From NCBI GenBank assembly GCA_950097015.1, contig CATNEN010000007.1:10354001-10418000 (forward strand): a stretch of 64,000 nucleotides of DNA, read 5' to 3'. This stretch comes from Macrostomum hystrix. Taxonomy: Eukaryota; Animalia; Platyhelminthes. Below are positions 1 to 11,350 of the stretch, piece by piece. Below the pieces are notes generated by a model, which saw only the letters and a list, made by a program, of their open reading frames with translations, made no database searches and was not told the DNA's origin. Both the position numbers and the translations under genes were made by a program. The stretch's first letter is position 1. Each line of letters begins with the position of its first letter.

Positions 1-13
1 GCACCTCTGCCAG

Positions 14-3000
14 TGATGGATGCCAAGAAGCTGGACGACTACAAGAAGCAGTTGCAGCTGTCCATGACTTGGAACCGGCCTGACATTGCAGCCGAGAAGA
101 TTTTCACGGAGGAGCATCAGTGGGGCACAGAGAACCTTGACGAATTCGCTCATCAAGCCATCGGCCAGGAGAAGATCGAGTTCATGCGCCTGTTCCTCAA
201 GAACGGCCTCATCATGCGCGAGTTCCTGACGGTGGGCCGGCTGCGCGGGCTGTACTGGGATTGCCTGCAGGGCCAGGCCAACATGCAGCTGCGCAAGCTG
301 CTGACGGCCAGGGCTCGTTGTCCGGATCCGACCAGGCCGCACCTGGCCGACATTCGGGTGCTGCTGCGCAAGCTGGTGGGCAAGTTTCAAGCCCCCATCA
401 TGGACAGCGACACCAGTCCCAGCAGCGAAAGCAGCGTCAATGGCAGCCAGTTTGAGCGGCCTTTTAATCAGCTGTTCTTCTGGGCGGTGCTGCTCAGCAA
501 GCAGGAGACCGCCAAGTTTCTGTGGGAGCGGACTGACGAGTCGGTGAGTGGCTCATTAGCGCATGAAGGGAGAGTTCGGACTCGAACTCGATTCGAACTC
601 GAACATTTGGAGACGTAATAGAAGAGTCGCATACCTGGGCCTTTCATTTCCATAGGTGCCGTTGGCCTTGGCAGCCTGCAAGATTTACGACGAGCTGGCC
701 CGCGCATTGGCCAGCCATGAGGACGGGCGCAAGCGGACTCTGATGGCGTACAAAGACGAGTTCGAGGACCTGGCGGTGCGCGTGGTTGAGGAGTGCCAGA
801 TGGTGGACCAGAGCAAGGCGGAGCTGCTCATTGAAAAGAAGGTCGAAGCGTTTGGCGACTTCAACTGTCTGGAGCTGGCGGCCAGCGCGAACTGCAAGAA
901 GTGAGTCGGATCTTGAGTTCGAGAGTACCTAGTAATTGATGCAGCCTGGCTGGTACTCTATTCGATATTTTGTAGGTTCTTGTCCTGCAACAGCAGCCAG
1001 AACAGTATCACGAGCCGCTGGCTGAACGGCCTGCTGCACGGCACCTCCAACCTGCGCATCTTCCTGTGCGTCCTCATGCCCTTCCTGCTGCCGTTCGACT
1101 TCCTGATCCGGCTGGACCCCAGCGTGGGCACCGAGGACGGCGGCCGGTGTGCGCAGCTCTGTGACAAGGTCAGAATCTTCTACACCGCGCCAGTCACCAA
1201 GTTCTTCGCCAACGCGGTGAGTTTTCACAAGGCTTTGAACTCTTGAGCTCAACAGCTGGATGGACTGCCTGCCAATTGATAACCTCGCCTCGATTTTCGC
1301 AACCCGCAGATCTGCTACGTCATATTCATATTCCTGTACTCCTGGTTCATCCTGTTTGAGATGCATGACTCAAGCATCTCCTGGCTGGAGTGGCTCATCA
1401 TCGCCTGGGTCTGCGTCATGGTGGTGGAGGAGTTCAGAGAGGTGCGGCTGTGCAACTCCGAGAATCAGAAATAAATTGAGCCCCGGTTTGCAGTGACCAA
1501 TCGGAGACCGCTTCTAGTTTTTTATTCTCTTTCTAATAAGGGAGCTCGGCTGGTTAGAGAGCTTCGGATTTCTGACTGAGTTCACTCGGCTGTCAAATGG
1601 GTACCAGCATCAGCTGGGGTAGAAATTTAGTGAGTGTGGTGGCCTCCCCTGTCCACGGACTGTACAGTTGTACAAAGCCCTTGGATGCATCGACAAGAGC
1701 TGCGCATGGACATCTGGCCGGACTGGATTTGGTGCAATTTATTCATTTACCTTTTCTTCTTTGTATGCCACTGGGGTCTCCAAGAAGCAATGGGGGTCGA
1801 TGGCAGAGCTAATAACGCGTTTGCCTCTCCGCAAAAGTCCCGAAGTTTGATTCCGCGGCGAGGCCTCATTCATTTGAGGCGCAGCCGCAGAGTCTTGGGG
1901 GCTTGTGGTGCAATTTAAACCCTCGAAGGCACTGCTTGGCAATGAGAAAGTCTTCTGTGTGAGCTTATTCCTGCGTTCAGTATATGTGTGCGTGTGTGCT
2001 CAGGAGTCAGCGAAATGGGCAGAATTGCCTCCTCGCTGGCTGCGGGTTCTGGTGTCACCAAACGATGTGCCATTCCCTGCAGCCCTCGTGCAGTTATTAT
2101 TATTACACTATTATCTCCTATAAGCAGTCGTCCTTCTGAAATTCGCGCAGATGTTCTCCTCGAAGGCGGACACGGTGCAGGAGAAGCTGCGCGACTGGTG
2201 GGGCTTCTCGGCCTGGAACCGGCTGGACGTGTTCACGCTGCTGCTGGCGCTGATCGCCATGTTTCTGCGCATCCCGACGGCCACAGAAGCCATCACCACC
2301 GGTGTGCGCACCTGCTACATCCTGGCTGGAGTGCTGTTCTACCTGCGAGTGTTCAGGTGGGCCAGAGACATTCTAATCCTATTTAGGAGAGGCTTCTACA
2401 ATTTAAACAGCACGCGTTTTGAAAGCGCAAAGTTCCAAACGAATGGTCCCTGACTTCCCACAGGCTCTACTATGCGAACAGCTACCTGGGCCCCAAGCTG
2501 GTGATGATACAGAAGATGGTGAAAGAGCTGCTGTTCTACATGAGCATCCTGCTCATTGCCCTGTTCACCTACGGTGTTGCGGCCCAGGCCCTGCTCTATC
2601 CGACCCGCGACTTCACCACCGACATCTTCAAGGACATTGTGTACTACCCCTACTGGCAGATCTACGGCGAGATCTACCTGGACGTGGCGGAGGGTGAGCA
2701 GCTGGTCATTGCTGACTGCGGAGGGTGATCCGGAATGCTGCGTCAGGTTAAAATCATTAGGGATTAGGGCGGAATCTGCTAGGCGAACCCAAGCAAATCG
2801 GTGAATGGCAAAGTGCTGACAATGCCGTCAAACCCCACCCGCGCGCAGCCACGCCTCCTGCCGGCTGCGAGGGCAACAGCACGGTGGACAGCACCGGCAA
2901 GCTGTGCCCCACCCACCATGCTCTGGTCCTGCTGCTGCTGGCTGTTTACCTCATGGTGGTCAACGTGCTGCTCATTAACTTGCTCATCGCCATCTTCAGG

Positions 3001-5433
3001 TGAGACGGCCTGAACTCACTGACTGGTCCCCTTTTTTCTGTCACTTCCTTTCTACGCTTCCCTCGGGTCGAATGCTTAATCTCAGTATTCAATCCTTACA
3101 GCAACATCTTCAAGGAGATCCAGAACAACTCCGTGGAGATCTGGAAGTTCAACATGTACTTTCTGGTGCACGAGTACCACACTAGGCCGGTGCTGGCCGT
3201 GCCCTTCGTCATTGTCGAGGACATTTTCCGGTTCATCCGGTTCCTGGCCTGCCGGCTGCCCTGCTGCAACAAAGCGAAAGAGGGTGAGTCCGAGCTGCCT
3301 CACTGAGGACGGTTCACAGATTCCAGAACTAGCGAATGTGCTCACGTGTTAGACAAGTTCGTCGACTCGCATCCGCTAGACATGCTTTGAACCAAACAAG
3401 TTGTATATTTTGTCATTACAAATTTTCAGAAGATAGATGATAGGAATTACACTTCTAAAGGCTGTGTACAGCGCTGTTCAGTCCATGGACTGAGACTGAA
3501 ATTGAGACTGAGGAGGAGACTGAAATATCATTCTAGAGAACCGTAGTCTCATTCATAGAAAAAGATGAAACAATTATTTACACCCAATCTGGATGGGTCA
3601 GATGTACAGCCCACGGCACGTCTGCAGTTACTGTGTGCTGTGTCCAAAGGCTGCGTACAGCTGTTCAGTCCATGGACTGGGAAAGCCGCCACGTCCACCA
3701 AAATTTCTACCCCAACTGAAAGTTGCTAATCGTGAGGCGGTCCTGTCACATTTCACATGGGGTTGGCAAAGACAAAGTCTTATAGTTCGGTGCCGCCCCC
3801 AGGTGGGCAGTTGCTGGCCATTGTCAGGCACGAGCTGATGGTATTCGAGAGCGAGATGGCCAGACGCCTGATGGCCATGCTGAAGGCCAAGGAGTCTGAG
3901 ACGCTGGAGATGCGGGTGAAGACCGTCACGAGCAGGTTTGTAGCTGAGCAGTCTGTGAGCAGCTCTCTGAGTTCAGTTTCCATGTGGTCCTTGGATGTTG
4001 TGCCTTTTCCTCTTGTCTTGTGTCTTTACCTTGCCTCAGGAAATAGTGGTCCTTGTTTATAATTTGGCTATCTGTCACCTTTTCTAGAATGTGTAACGCA
4101 CTTTGAGCCACCAACGTCTATTTTAGTGTACTTCCGAAAAGTATATTTTACGCCCAGTAGCAGCTGTTCCAACGGTTCCAACTAACGGTACTGACAACTG
4201 GTATAATGTACAGGCAGCTGGTACAGATGTACAGTGTTTAAGCGTACTAGTTAGCAATTCACATAGATCTTAGGTCAATGACCAGAGCAGAAGAAAGCGT
4301 ACTTAAGTGCCAATTCCATAGTAGCTGAGTATAAATCCCGCACGGCGCGCAGATGACGAGTCACGGCGCCGCAGGCAGCGGGCCGAGGACGCTGAGCTGC
4401 GCGGCTTCGCCAGCCACTGCCTGTCGCTGGTCCAGACCCGGCAGGACCAGGAGACCAAAAGCCGCATCGAGTTTCGAATTCAGAACATCTACGGCGGGTA
4501 GGGCGTCAGAGAGAATAATTTCCCAGGCCTAGCGACTCATAGTAGCTAATGATTAACAAATAATTAAACGCATAACATCTTGGGTTTTTCGTTTGCATCT
4601 ATGAATTTTTTCTGTTTAAATCTTAATTTAAACATTGTGCTCTAATAATAACCCCAGCAATTTTTAACCACACAGAAATAGCTAAACCAATCATGGATGA
4701 ACAATTCGTTGTTAGTAGTCTTATTAGAGCCTAAAACACTATTTTACATTGAGTGAATTGACACACATATTTGGCTAAACCAATCATGGATGAACAATTC
4801 GGTGTTAGTAGTCTTATTAGAGCCTAAAACACTATTTTACATTGAGTGAATTGACACACATATTTGGCTAAACCAATCATGGATGAACAATTCGGTGTTA
4901 GTAGTCTTATTAGAGCCTAAAACACTATTTTACATTGAGTGAATTGACACACATATTTGGCTAAACCAATCATGGATGAACAATTCGGTGTTAGTAGTCT
5001 TATTAGAGCCTAAAACACTATTTTACATTGAGTGAATTGACCCACATATTTGGCATATGGACATTTTTACCTAAGATTGAGTATTTCACATTCGTTGTCA
5101 TGTTCAATTTTCGTCCATAACTGGCGTAATACAAGTCGAACAGGGCCACTGAGCAAGAACTGAAACTCGGCTGCTCTTCTCACTCTTCTAGACTGGACGA
5201 ACTGTACAAAATGTGCGACCGCATCGACGAGCGCTTCGACGATGACCGGCACCAGACCGGCGCGGACGCCGGCGGCGGCAGGGAGAGCTCAGCCACCTCC
5301 TCCAAGCCCAAGAATCCACCTGCAGCCGCGGCGTCAGCGGAGTCGCAGCCGCTGCCGGCAGGCAGGAGGTCGCCGACTGTGTCCGTGAATGAAGATGTGG
5401 AACCGGAGAAGCCCAGGCCTTCAGTGCGTGCCA

Positions 5434-5494
<61 letters not shown>

Positions 5495-5499
5495 GTGTG

Positions 5500-5586
<87 letters not shown>

Positions 5587-6057
5587 ATGATGTAGCTTCT
5601 AACTGTTTAATAAGTAATGTTTCTGATCAGGGACAAGATTACCTGCAATTCTCAGAGTAAAGGAGGTGTAGGAACGACTTAGCTTTTCCTGGTGTTGCAC
5701 TCTCCCCGTTGTCAAACTGTCAATCTATTTAGGGGGTTCTGTTGTTCAAAATACAAGCAATTACAGAGTATTAACTAAGGGATCTTAAGGGAATAGTCTT
5801 ACCTGAAACAATGCTTAATTCTTACTCACGAGTCCTTGCACTCGACAAATCCCAAAAGTCCTTGCAAGCGCGGTTTCGCATTGGAGGCGGAAGACAGTGT
5901 ACTTTTTAGGAGTTTATTAGTGCGCGTGGATCGGAATCACATTGCTTAAAATACCACGCTTCAACAGAAGGAGCTCGGACTGCCACAGATCGATCCGGGC
6001 GCTCGCCCGTCGGCAGTCAACCCAAGACTTCAGATGGAACCACCATCACCGCCGCCT

Positions 6058-6126
<69 letters not shown>

Positions 6127-6522
6127 GCCTTTCCAGCCGCGGCTGAGGACGCAGAGGCAGCTGCCGAGGAGGAGCGGAAGCGCCAGCGCCGCGCTGAGAA
6201 GGAGCGGCGTCGCGAGGAGCGACGGCAGCGCCGCCGGGGGCGCTCGCGCTCTCAACGCCGCCAATCCGACGTGGACGAGGCTGAGCTGCCGGGCCCAGCT
6301 GGTGGTGGCTTCGCCTACCAGATGCTCAACGATTTCAACGACTTCGGCACCGCGGAGGCCGAAGGAAGCGTTGGGCCGGAGGACGAGCGGCTGGCGGACA
6401 TGGAGCGCCGGCTGCGCAACATGGAAACAGCAACAACTGACAGCCTGAGCAGCATCGAGAAGCTGCTGCGTCAGATCCTCAAGGACAGATCTGGCAATTC
6501 TGACCATGCTAGGCTGCAATGA
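14..6522 (+). CDS. TRPM-family cation channel, 3' portion (5' end is outside the window), spliced
   Basis: GT-AG exons: 14-543, 656-900, 976-1216, 1310-1441, 2151-2356, 2464-2693, 2849-2999, 3102-3283, [3803-3935 or 4353-4497], 5192-5423, 5968-6522. TRPM motifs: LSMTWNRPDIA, LFFWAVLL, ALAACKIY, FYTAPVTKF, WNRLD, LGPKLVMIQKM, PYWQIYGE (pore), NVLLINLLIAIF (S6), TRP box EIWKFNMY, then coiled coil. Confidence 0.93.
1545..1735 (+). mobile_element. tRNA-derived SINE, family 1, degenerate copy
   Basis: Shares the core gttcac..gctg..aatgggtaccagcatcagc..gggta and the 3' gtccayggactg..cag.tgtac with the copy at 23499-23745. Confidence 0.6.
1793..2105 (+). mobile_element. tRNA-derived SINE, family 2
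   Basis: tRNA-like head (tggcagagct..taacgc). The body gtgtgctcaggagtcagc.aaatgggcagaattgcctcctcg is shared with 57326-57606. (TTA)n tail. Confidence 0.65.
4681..5054. repeat. 93-bp tandem repeat x4 in a TRPM intron
   Basis: gctaaaccaatcatgg... starts at 4681, 4774, 4867 and 4960. Confidence 0.95.
5436..5586. repeat. (TCTG)n microsatellite
   Basis: Read directly; starts ~12 bp after the donor at 5424. Confidence 0.98.
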
Positions 6523-6931
6523 TGGCCTCTCTAATCTCAGATTCTCACTGTCAATGCCCGATGGTCCCGGACAAGTTCAACAGCAGGCAAATTGTTTTGC
6601 GTTTCTGCACAGACCTTTTCTTTTTGTTTAATTTCTCATGCCTTTTCCTATTGGCCCTCTGATCGAACAGCTGTAGATTTTTCCTCTATCTTCTGCTACT
6701 CTAAGCTGCTTTGCTTTTACTGCTCTGAACTGTCAAATACAAGATTTTAGTTAAATATGCATATCTGTCAAATATCGCTAGCAGAAAGTTTTTTTGTTCT
6801 ACAGACTTTGGAAAAGTTGATCAAATGTTCGTGAATTAAATTTACGAAGCCTAACTTCAATGTTGTTTTCATGTTACTCGTAATACTCACATAGCATTCA
6901 TAGGTAAGCAAATATTAGCTATTGTTTACAA

Positions 6932-7945
6932 ATGAGTTGCTGCTAGTACTTCTGCTTCTGCTAGCCTTGCAATGTGAGATTTACCTGCACGTATTTTGTA
7001 ATTCGTAAAATAAGAATCAGATGTGGCTCGATTCAGATTCAGATTTTGATTCAGATTTATTGTAGTCAATGTATCGAAGCAACATATTTTATGACAATAG
7101 AAAAAGTACATATGTCAACGAGAATGACTCACTCAGTTGAATGACTCACTCAGTAGAATGACTCACTCAGTAGAATGACTCACTCAGTAGAATGACTCAC
7201 TCAGTAGAATGACTCACTCAGTAGAATGACTCACTCAGTAGAATGACTCAACTCAGTAGAATGACTCACTCAGTAGAATGACTCAACTCAGTAGAATGAC
7301 TCACTCAGTAGAATGACTCAACTCAGTAGAATGACTCACTCAGTAGAATGACTCAACCCAGTAGAATGACTCAACCCAGTAGAATGACTCAACTCAGTAG
7401 AATGACTCACTCAGTAGAATGACTCAACTCAGTAGAATGACTCACTCAGTAGAATGACTCAACTCAGTAGAATGACTCACTCAGTAGAATGACTCAACCC
7501 AGTAGAATGACTCATCCCAGTAGAATGACTCAGTAGAATGACTCACTCATGCAATTGAATGGTTGGTTTTTAAGTGTACCGATAATATTTCTAAAAAATA
7601 GCAACAGCGCAACCCTCCTGGAAACAATCCAAAATAAGATGGCTGAGGTCTGTCACGTGATTGAGTTTATTGTACCTAAAAGGGGGCTTCCAAACATGGT
7701 TTCTAAAAATAGCTACGAGCCAGCCAGGATGCCATCAGGATGTACATGCCAGTGAGTACTCTGCTAATTCAGCTGAGTTAATGGCATCAAGAATTTTCCT
7801 CAACCTGGCAGGTTTGACTGCCGCCTGCCTGCTGAGCTGCAGCGAGCGAGGCCTCTGGTGCGACGCAGACAGGCAGTGCTGCTTGGGCCAGTGCCGTCTG
7901 TCCTATGAGACCTCAGATCATTGGCCTGTTGTCCTGTTGTGCTGA
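6932..7945 (+). pseudogene. Knottin/ICK peptide gene C, probably damaged
   Basis: Exon 1 6932-6973 reads ATG AG TTG..., one base short of M(K)LLLVLLLLLALQ, with a phase-1 donor. Exon 2 7812-7945 encodes (C)LTAACLLSCSERGLWCDADRQCCLGQCRLSYETSDHWPVVLLC*. Spacing C-6-C-5-CC-3-C matches the other copies. Confidence 0.65.
7121..7548. repeat. 17/18-bp minisatellite (agaatgactcactcagt), ~24 units, in the knottin C intron
   Basis: Read directly; every unit contains TGACTCA. Confidence 0.95.
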
Positions 7946-8704
7946 TTGGCCTGTTGTCTTGCTGCTTATAGAAAATACATTTTTAAATATATTTAGCAAC
8001 GATTATTGCGCAGAAAGTCTATTATGGGTATAGGCTGGCTGTCTTGCAACGCGGTTGGACGCGGTCTTTCAATTCATCACTTATAGCCACTGTATATTTC
8101 ACTGCCAACAAGCACAAGACCAAACGCAACAGGAATGAAACACGAAGTAAACGAAATAATTCAGTAATAACGCTTGGAAGCTCAAAATGATATTTGGCTG
8201 GAGATTTCATCAATACCTCAATTGAGGTAGTTACCTCAATATAGTTACATCTGTCAGTTAGCGTGGTGTAATGTTGAATGTGCAATTCTCAAATTTGCAG
8301 TTCTCAAAAACGCTCGCCTGGTTGGCACCAATCGATACGCCCTGGTTAGCTACAGTTAACCAACCATTGAATGAAGCCTGAATGAAGCTAAAAATAAAAA
8401 TATACAAATGTACGTGGCTACAAATACTCTTTTAAATGCAAATATCTTTGCTCCGAAGGAACTTTGAGAGTTATAATTGAAGTCATTCGATGCAAAATGA
8501 AAATACGAATCCAGTGATACATTTTTTGTAATTACATAGAAACATTGAATTTCGATAGAAACATTCTTTTTCAATCATTTTTGCATTTTACATTTTTACT
8601 TTTTACTTACGCTCGTATTTCTGCACAAAAATCAGAATACTAGTTATTCATTCATTCTACTAAATCATTCAACTTCAATCTCTTTACACTATTTCGATAT
8701 TAAC

Positions 8705-8751
8705 AGCAGTTTAAGTTTAGTTTAGTCATTTTAAGCTACTCGAACGCACCC
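8705..8751. mobile_element. Orphan Harbinger-type terminal inverted repeat
   Basis: agctactcgaacgcaccc (8734-8751) is identical to the right TIR of the element at 29780-33873 and is followed by TTA. No left TIR was found. Confidence 0.7.
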
Positions 8752-8943
8752 TTACTGCTTGCACTGACGACTTTCACTTACTTAGACGAATTCGAAGTCA
8801 CTTTCTCGAAAGAAATTACCATAGACACCCTTCTCATTCCCTTGAGCGCTCTATAGTTTTATATAGGCTGACGAATCCGAAGTCACTTTTGACGAATCCG
8901 AAGTTGAAAAGGTATATAGTCTAGTTTACTGAGGCAAAATACA

Positions 8944-9839
8944 ATGAACGGCATGTTATTCAAATCACTGCTCATCCTCATTGTTATACTTGCGATCCTC
9001 GGTGAGTGCTCAACTGCATGAGCAGATTACTTTAATGAGATTGCATAAGAAAGTGTTAATTAACACCCTCAGGTAGACAATTCCCAAGCAGACAAAAATT
9101 ATTCTTCAAACAGGCCGAGGGAAATTCCTAAAACAGGTAGCAGGGAATTCCTAAAACAGGTAGCAGGGAATTCCTAAAACAGGTAGAGGGGAATTCCTAA
9201 AACAGGTAGCAGGGAATTTCTAAAACAGGTAGCAGGGAATTCCAAAAACAGGTAGAGGGGAATTCCTAAAACAGGTAGCAGGGAATTTCTAAAACAGGCA
9301 GCAGGGAATTCCAAAAACAGGTAGAGGGGAATTCCTAAAACAGGTAGCAGGGAATTTCTAAAACAGGCAGCAGGGAATTCCTAAAACAGTTAGCAGGGAA
9401 TTCCTAAAACAGTTAGCAGGGAATTTCTAAAACAGTTAGCAGGGAATTCCTAAAACAGGTAGCAGGGAATTCCTAAAACAGGTAGCAGGGAATTCCTAAA
9501 ACAGGTAGAAGGGAATTCTTAAACCAGGTACAAGGGAATTCCGAAAACAGTTAGCAGGGAATTCCTAAAACAAGTAGAAAAGAATTCCTTAAACAGGTAG
9601 AAGGGAATTCATTATTAGGCGGAATGAAATTCTCAAGCAGGTACACCATAATTCCCAAGTAGTTGGGAGGGAGGAATTTCCAAACCGGTGGGCGAGTTTT
9701 CTCAAACTAAAATCGTCCACCCGACTGCTCACAGGTGAGTCGGTCAGTTGCGTGCCGGTGCTCCAAGGGAGGCATGGCGTGCAACCATTACAGGGACTGC
9801 AGGTCACAGTTATGCAGCGGCTCAAGCAAATGCAAGTAG
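8944..9839 (+). CDS. Knottin/ICK peptide gene A1 (frameshifted at the ancestral acceptor, or rescued by a new acceptor)
   Basis: Exon 1 8944-9001 MNGMLFKSLLILIVILAIL. Exon 2 from 9735 carries a 4-bp insertion (AGTT) relative to A2. Using the AG at 9746-9747 gives VACRCSKGGMACNHYRDCRSQLCSGSSKCK*. The CC pair is mutated to CR. Confidence 0.7.
9118..9610. repeat. 23-bp minisatellite (agggaattcctaaaacaggtagc) in the knottin A1 intron
   Basis: Read directly, ~21 units. Paralogous array at 22238-22635. Confidence 0.95.
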
Positions 9840-10056
9840 GCCGCAAGCCCGAGAGCCTGAGCCAACGCAGGGCAACAGGAAAGATTTGCCGATTTTCGAT
9901 TTTTCAACGCCTCTTTCCAGTTATCCTCTGTTTATAGCTAATGTTTAGAACAGCTTGCCTGATTTATTGATCGCTAGTAGCTCTTTATAGTTTGCATCTG
10001 TAATATTGTAGTTAACCTACGAGGTTGAAACTAACGGCAGCCCGCCCTCTGCTGTT

Positions 10057-10420
10057 GTCCGTGACAACCAGCTGGAAGGGTTTGGGGAGGCTGTTCATTG
10101 GTCCGTGACACCCAGCTGGAAGGGTTTGGGGAGGCCGGTCATTGGTCCGTGACACCCAGCTGGAAGGGTTTGGGGAGGCCGGTCATTGGTCCGTGACACC
10201 CAGCTGGAAGGGTTTGGGGAGGTCGGTCATTGGTCCGTGACAACCAGCTGGAAGGGTTTGGGGAGGCTGTTAATTGGTCCGTGACACCCAGCTGGAAGGG
10301 TTTGGGGAGGCCGGTCATTGGTCCGTGACAACCAGCTGGAAGGGTTTGGGGAGGTCGGTCATTGGTCCGTGACACCCAGCTAGAAGGGTTTGGGGAGGCG
10401 GTCATTGGTCCAGTGACAAA
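10057..10420. repeat. 44-bp minisatellite, ~8 units
   Basis: attggtccgtgacacccagctggaagggtttggggaggccggtc. Paralog at 24257-24465. Confidence 0.95.
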
Positions 10421-10659
10421 ACCTAATCATAGGTTTCTAATGCTGTTTAACAGGTTGAACAGGTAAGCTGTTCAAAACATTCAAAACAAAGGTTTCTAAT
10501 GCTAACTTAAATGACTTCAGTAATGAAAATTTGTAAGATTATTCGCCTGCAGTGATAATTCACTGCACAATGCAATCAATGCAAAAACATAGATAACTTT
10601 AGTTTACATTAAAATATTTATCACTAATTTATCACTAGCCAAAAGCTTCAAAGTGAGTC

Positions 10660-11125
10660 AGCGCGTATTCAGTGTTGGTCAATTTCAAACAATCAAATTC
10701 GCAGTAGTGGCAACGCGTATTCAGTGTATTTCGATTTCAACCAATCAAATTCGCAGTATTGGCAACGCGTATTCAGTGTAGTTCGATTTCAACCAATCAA
10801 ATTCGCAGTAGTGGCAACGCGTATTCAGTGTATTTCGATTTCAACCAATCAAATTCGCAGTAGTGGCAACGCGTATTCAGTGTAGTTCGATTTCAACCAA
10901 TCAAATTCGCAGTAGTGGCAACGCGTATTCAGTGTAGTTCGATTTCAACCAATCAAATTCGCAGTATTGGCAACGCGTATTCAGTGTATTTCGATTTCAA
11001 CCAATCAAATTCGCAGTAGTGGCAACGCGTATTCAGTGTATTTCGATTTCAACCAATCAAATTCGCAGTAGTGGCAACGCGTATTCAGTGTAGCTCGATT
11101 TCAACCAATCAAATTCGCTGTATAG
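10660..11125. repeat. 52-bp minisatellite, ~9 units
   Basis: aatcaaattcgcagtagtggcaacgcgtattcagtgtatttcgatttcaacc. Paralog at 24655-25180. Confidence 0.95.
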
Positions 11126-11131
11126 TGGCGT

Positions 11132-11345
11132 CTACCAGTCGCGGGCGCACCACTTCCACTGGCCGTTACACACGCACTTGCCCGAGCAGCAGTCGTCATA
11201 GCTGACGCACAGCCGTCTGTCTATGGTGCACGACTTGCAAGCCGCGGCGCTGCCTACAGTTTGCGAATTTAGCTCCGTAATGAACTTTAAACACTAAGCC
11301 GACACTTTTAAGAATAAAATGAATTGCAATCAAACAGCCCTCACC
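11132..11345 (-). pseudogene. Knottin/ICK peptide gene B1, signal-peptide exon destroyed
   Basis: Exon 2 11253-11132 encodes (G)SAAACKSCTIDRRLCVSYDDCCSGKCVCNGQWKWCARDW*. The 91-bp intron differs from B2 at one base. Exon 1 is replaced from ~11351 by the Gypsy-derived sequence. Confidence 0.85.
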
Positions 11346-11350
11346 AGGAT

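Noticed and set aside
8762-8910. CTGAnGA…GAA motifs suggesting a hammerhead ribozyme
   Set aside because: The three required stems could not be built. The region is a short gacgaatccgaagtcacttt repeat.
10057-11125. CRISPR-like appearance of the 44- and 52-bp arrays and other arrays
   Set aside because: Head-to-tail repeats with no unique spacers, no cas genes, and a eukaryotic context.
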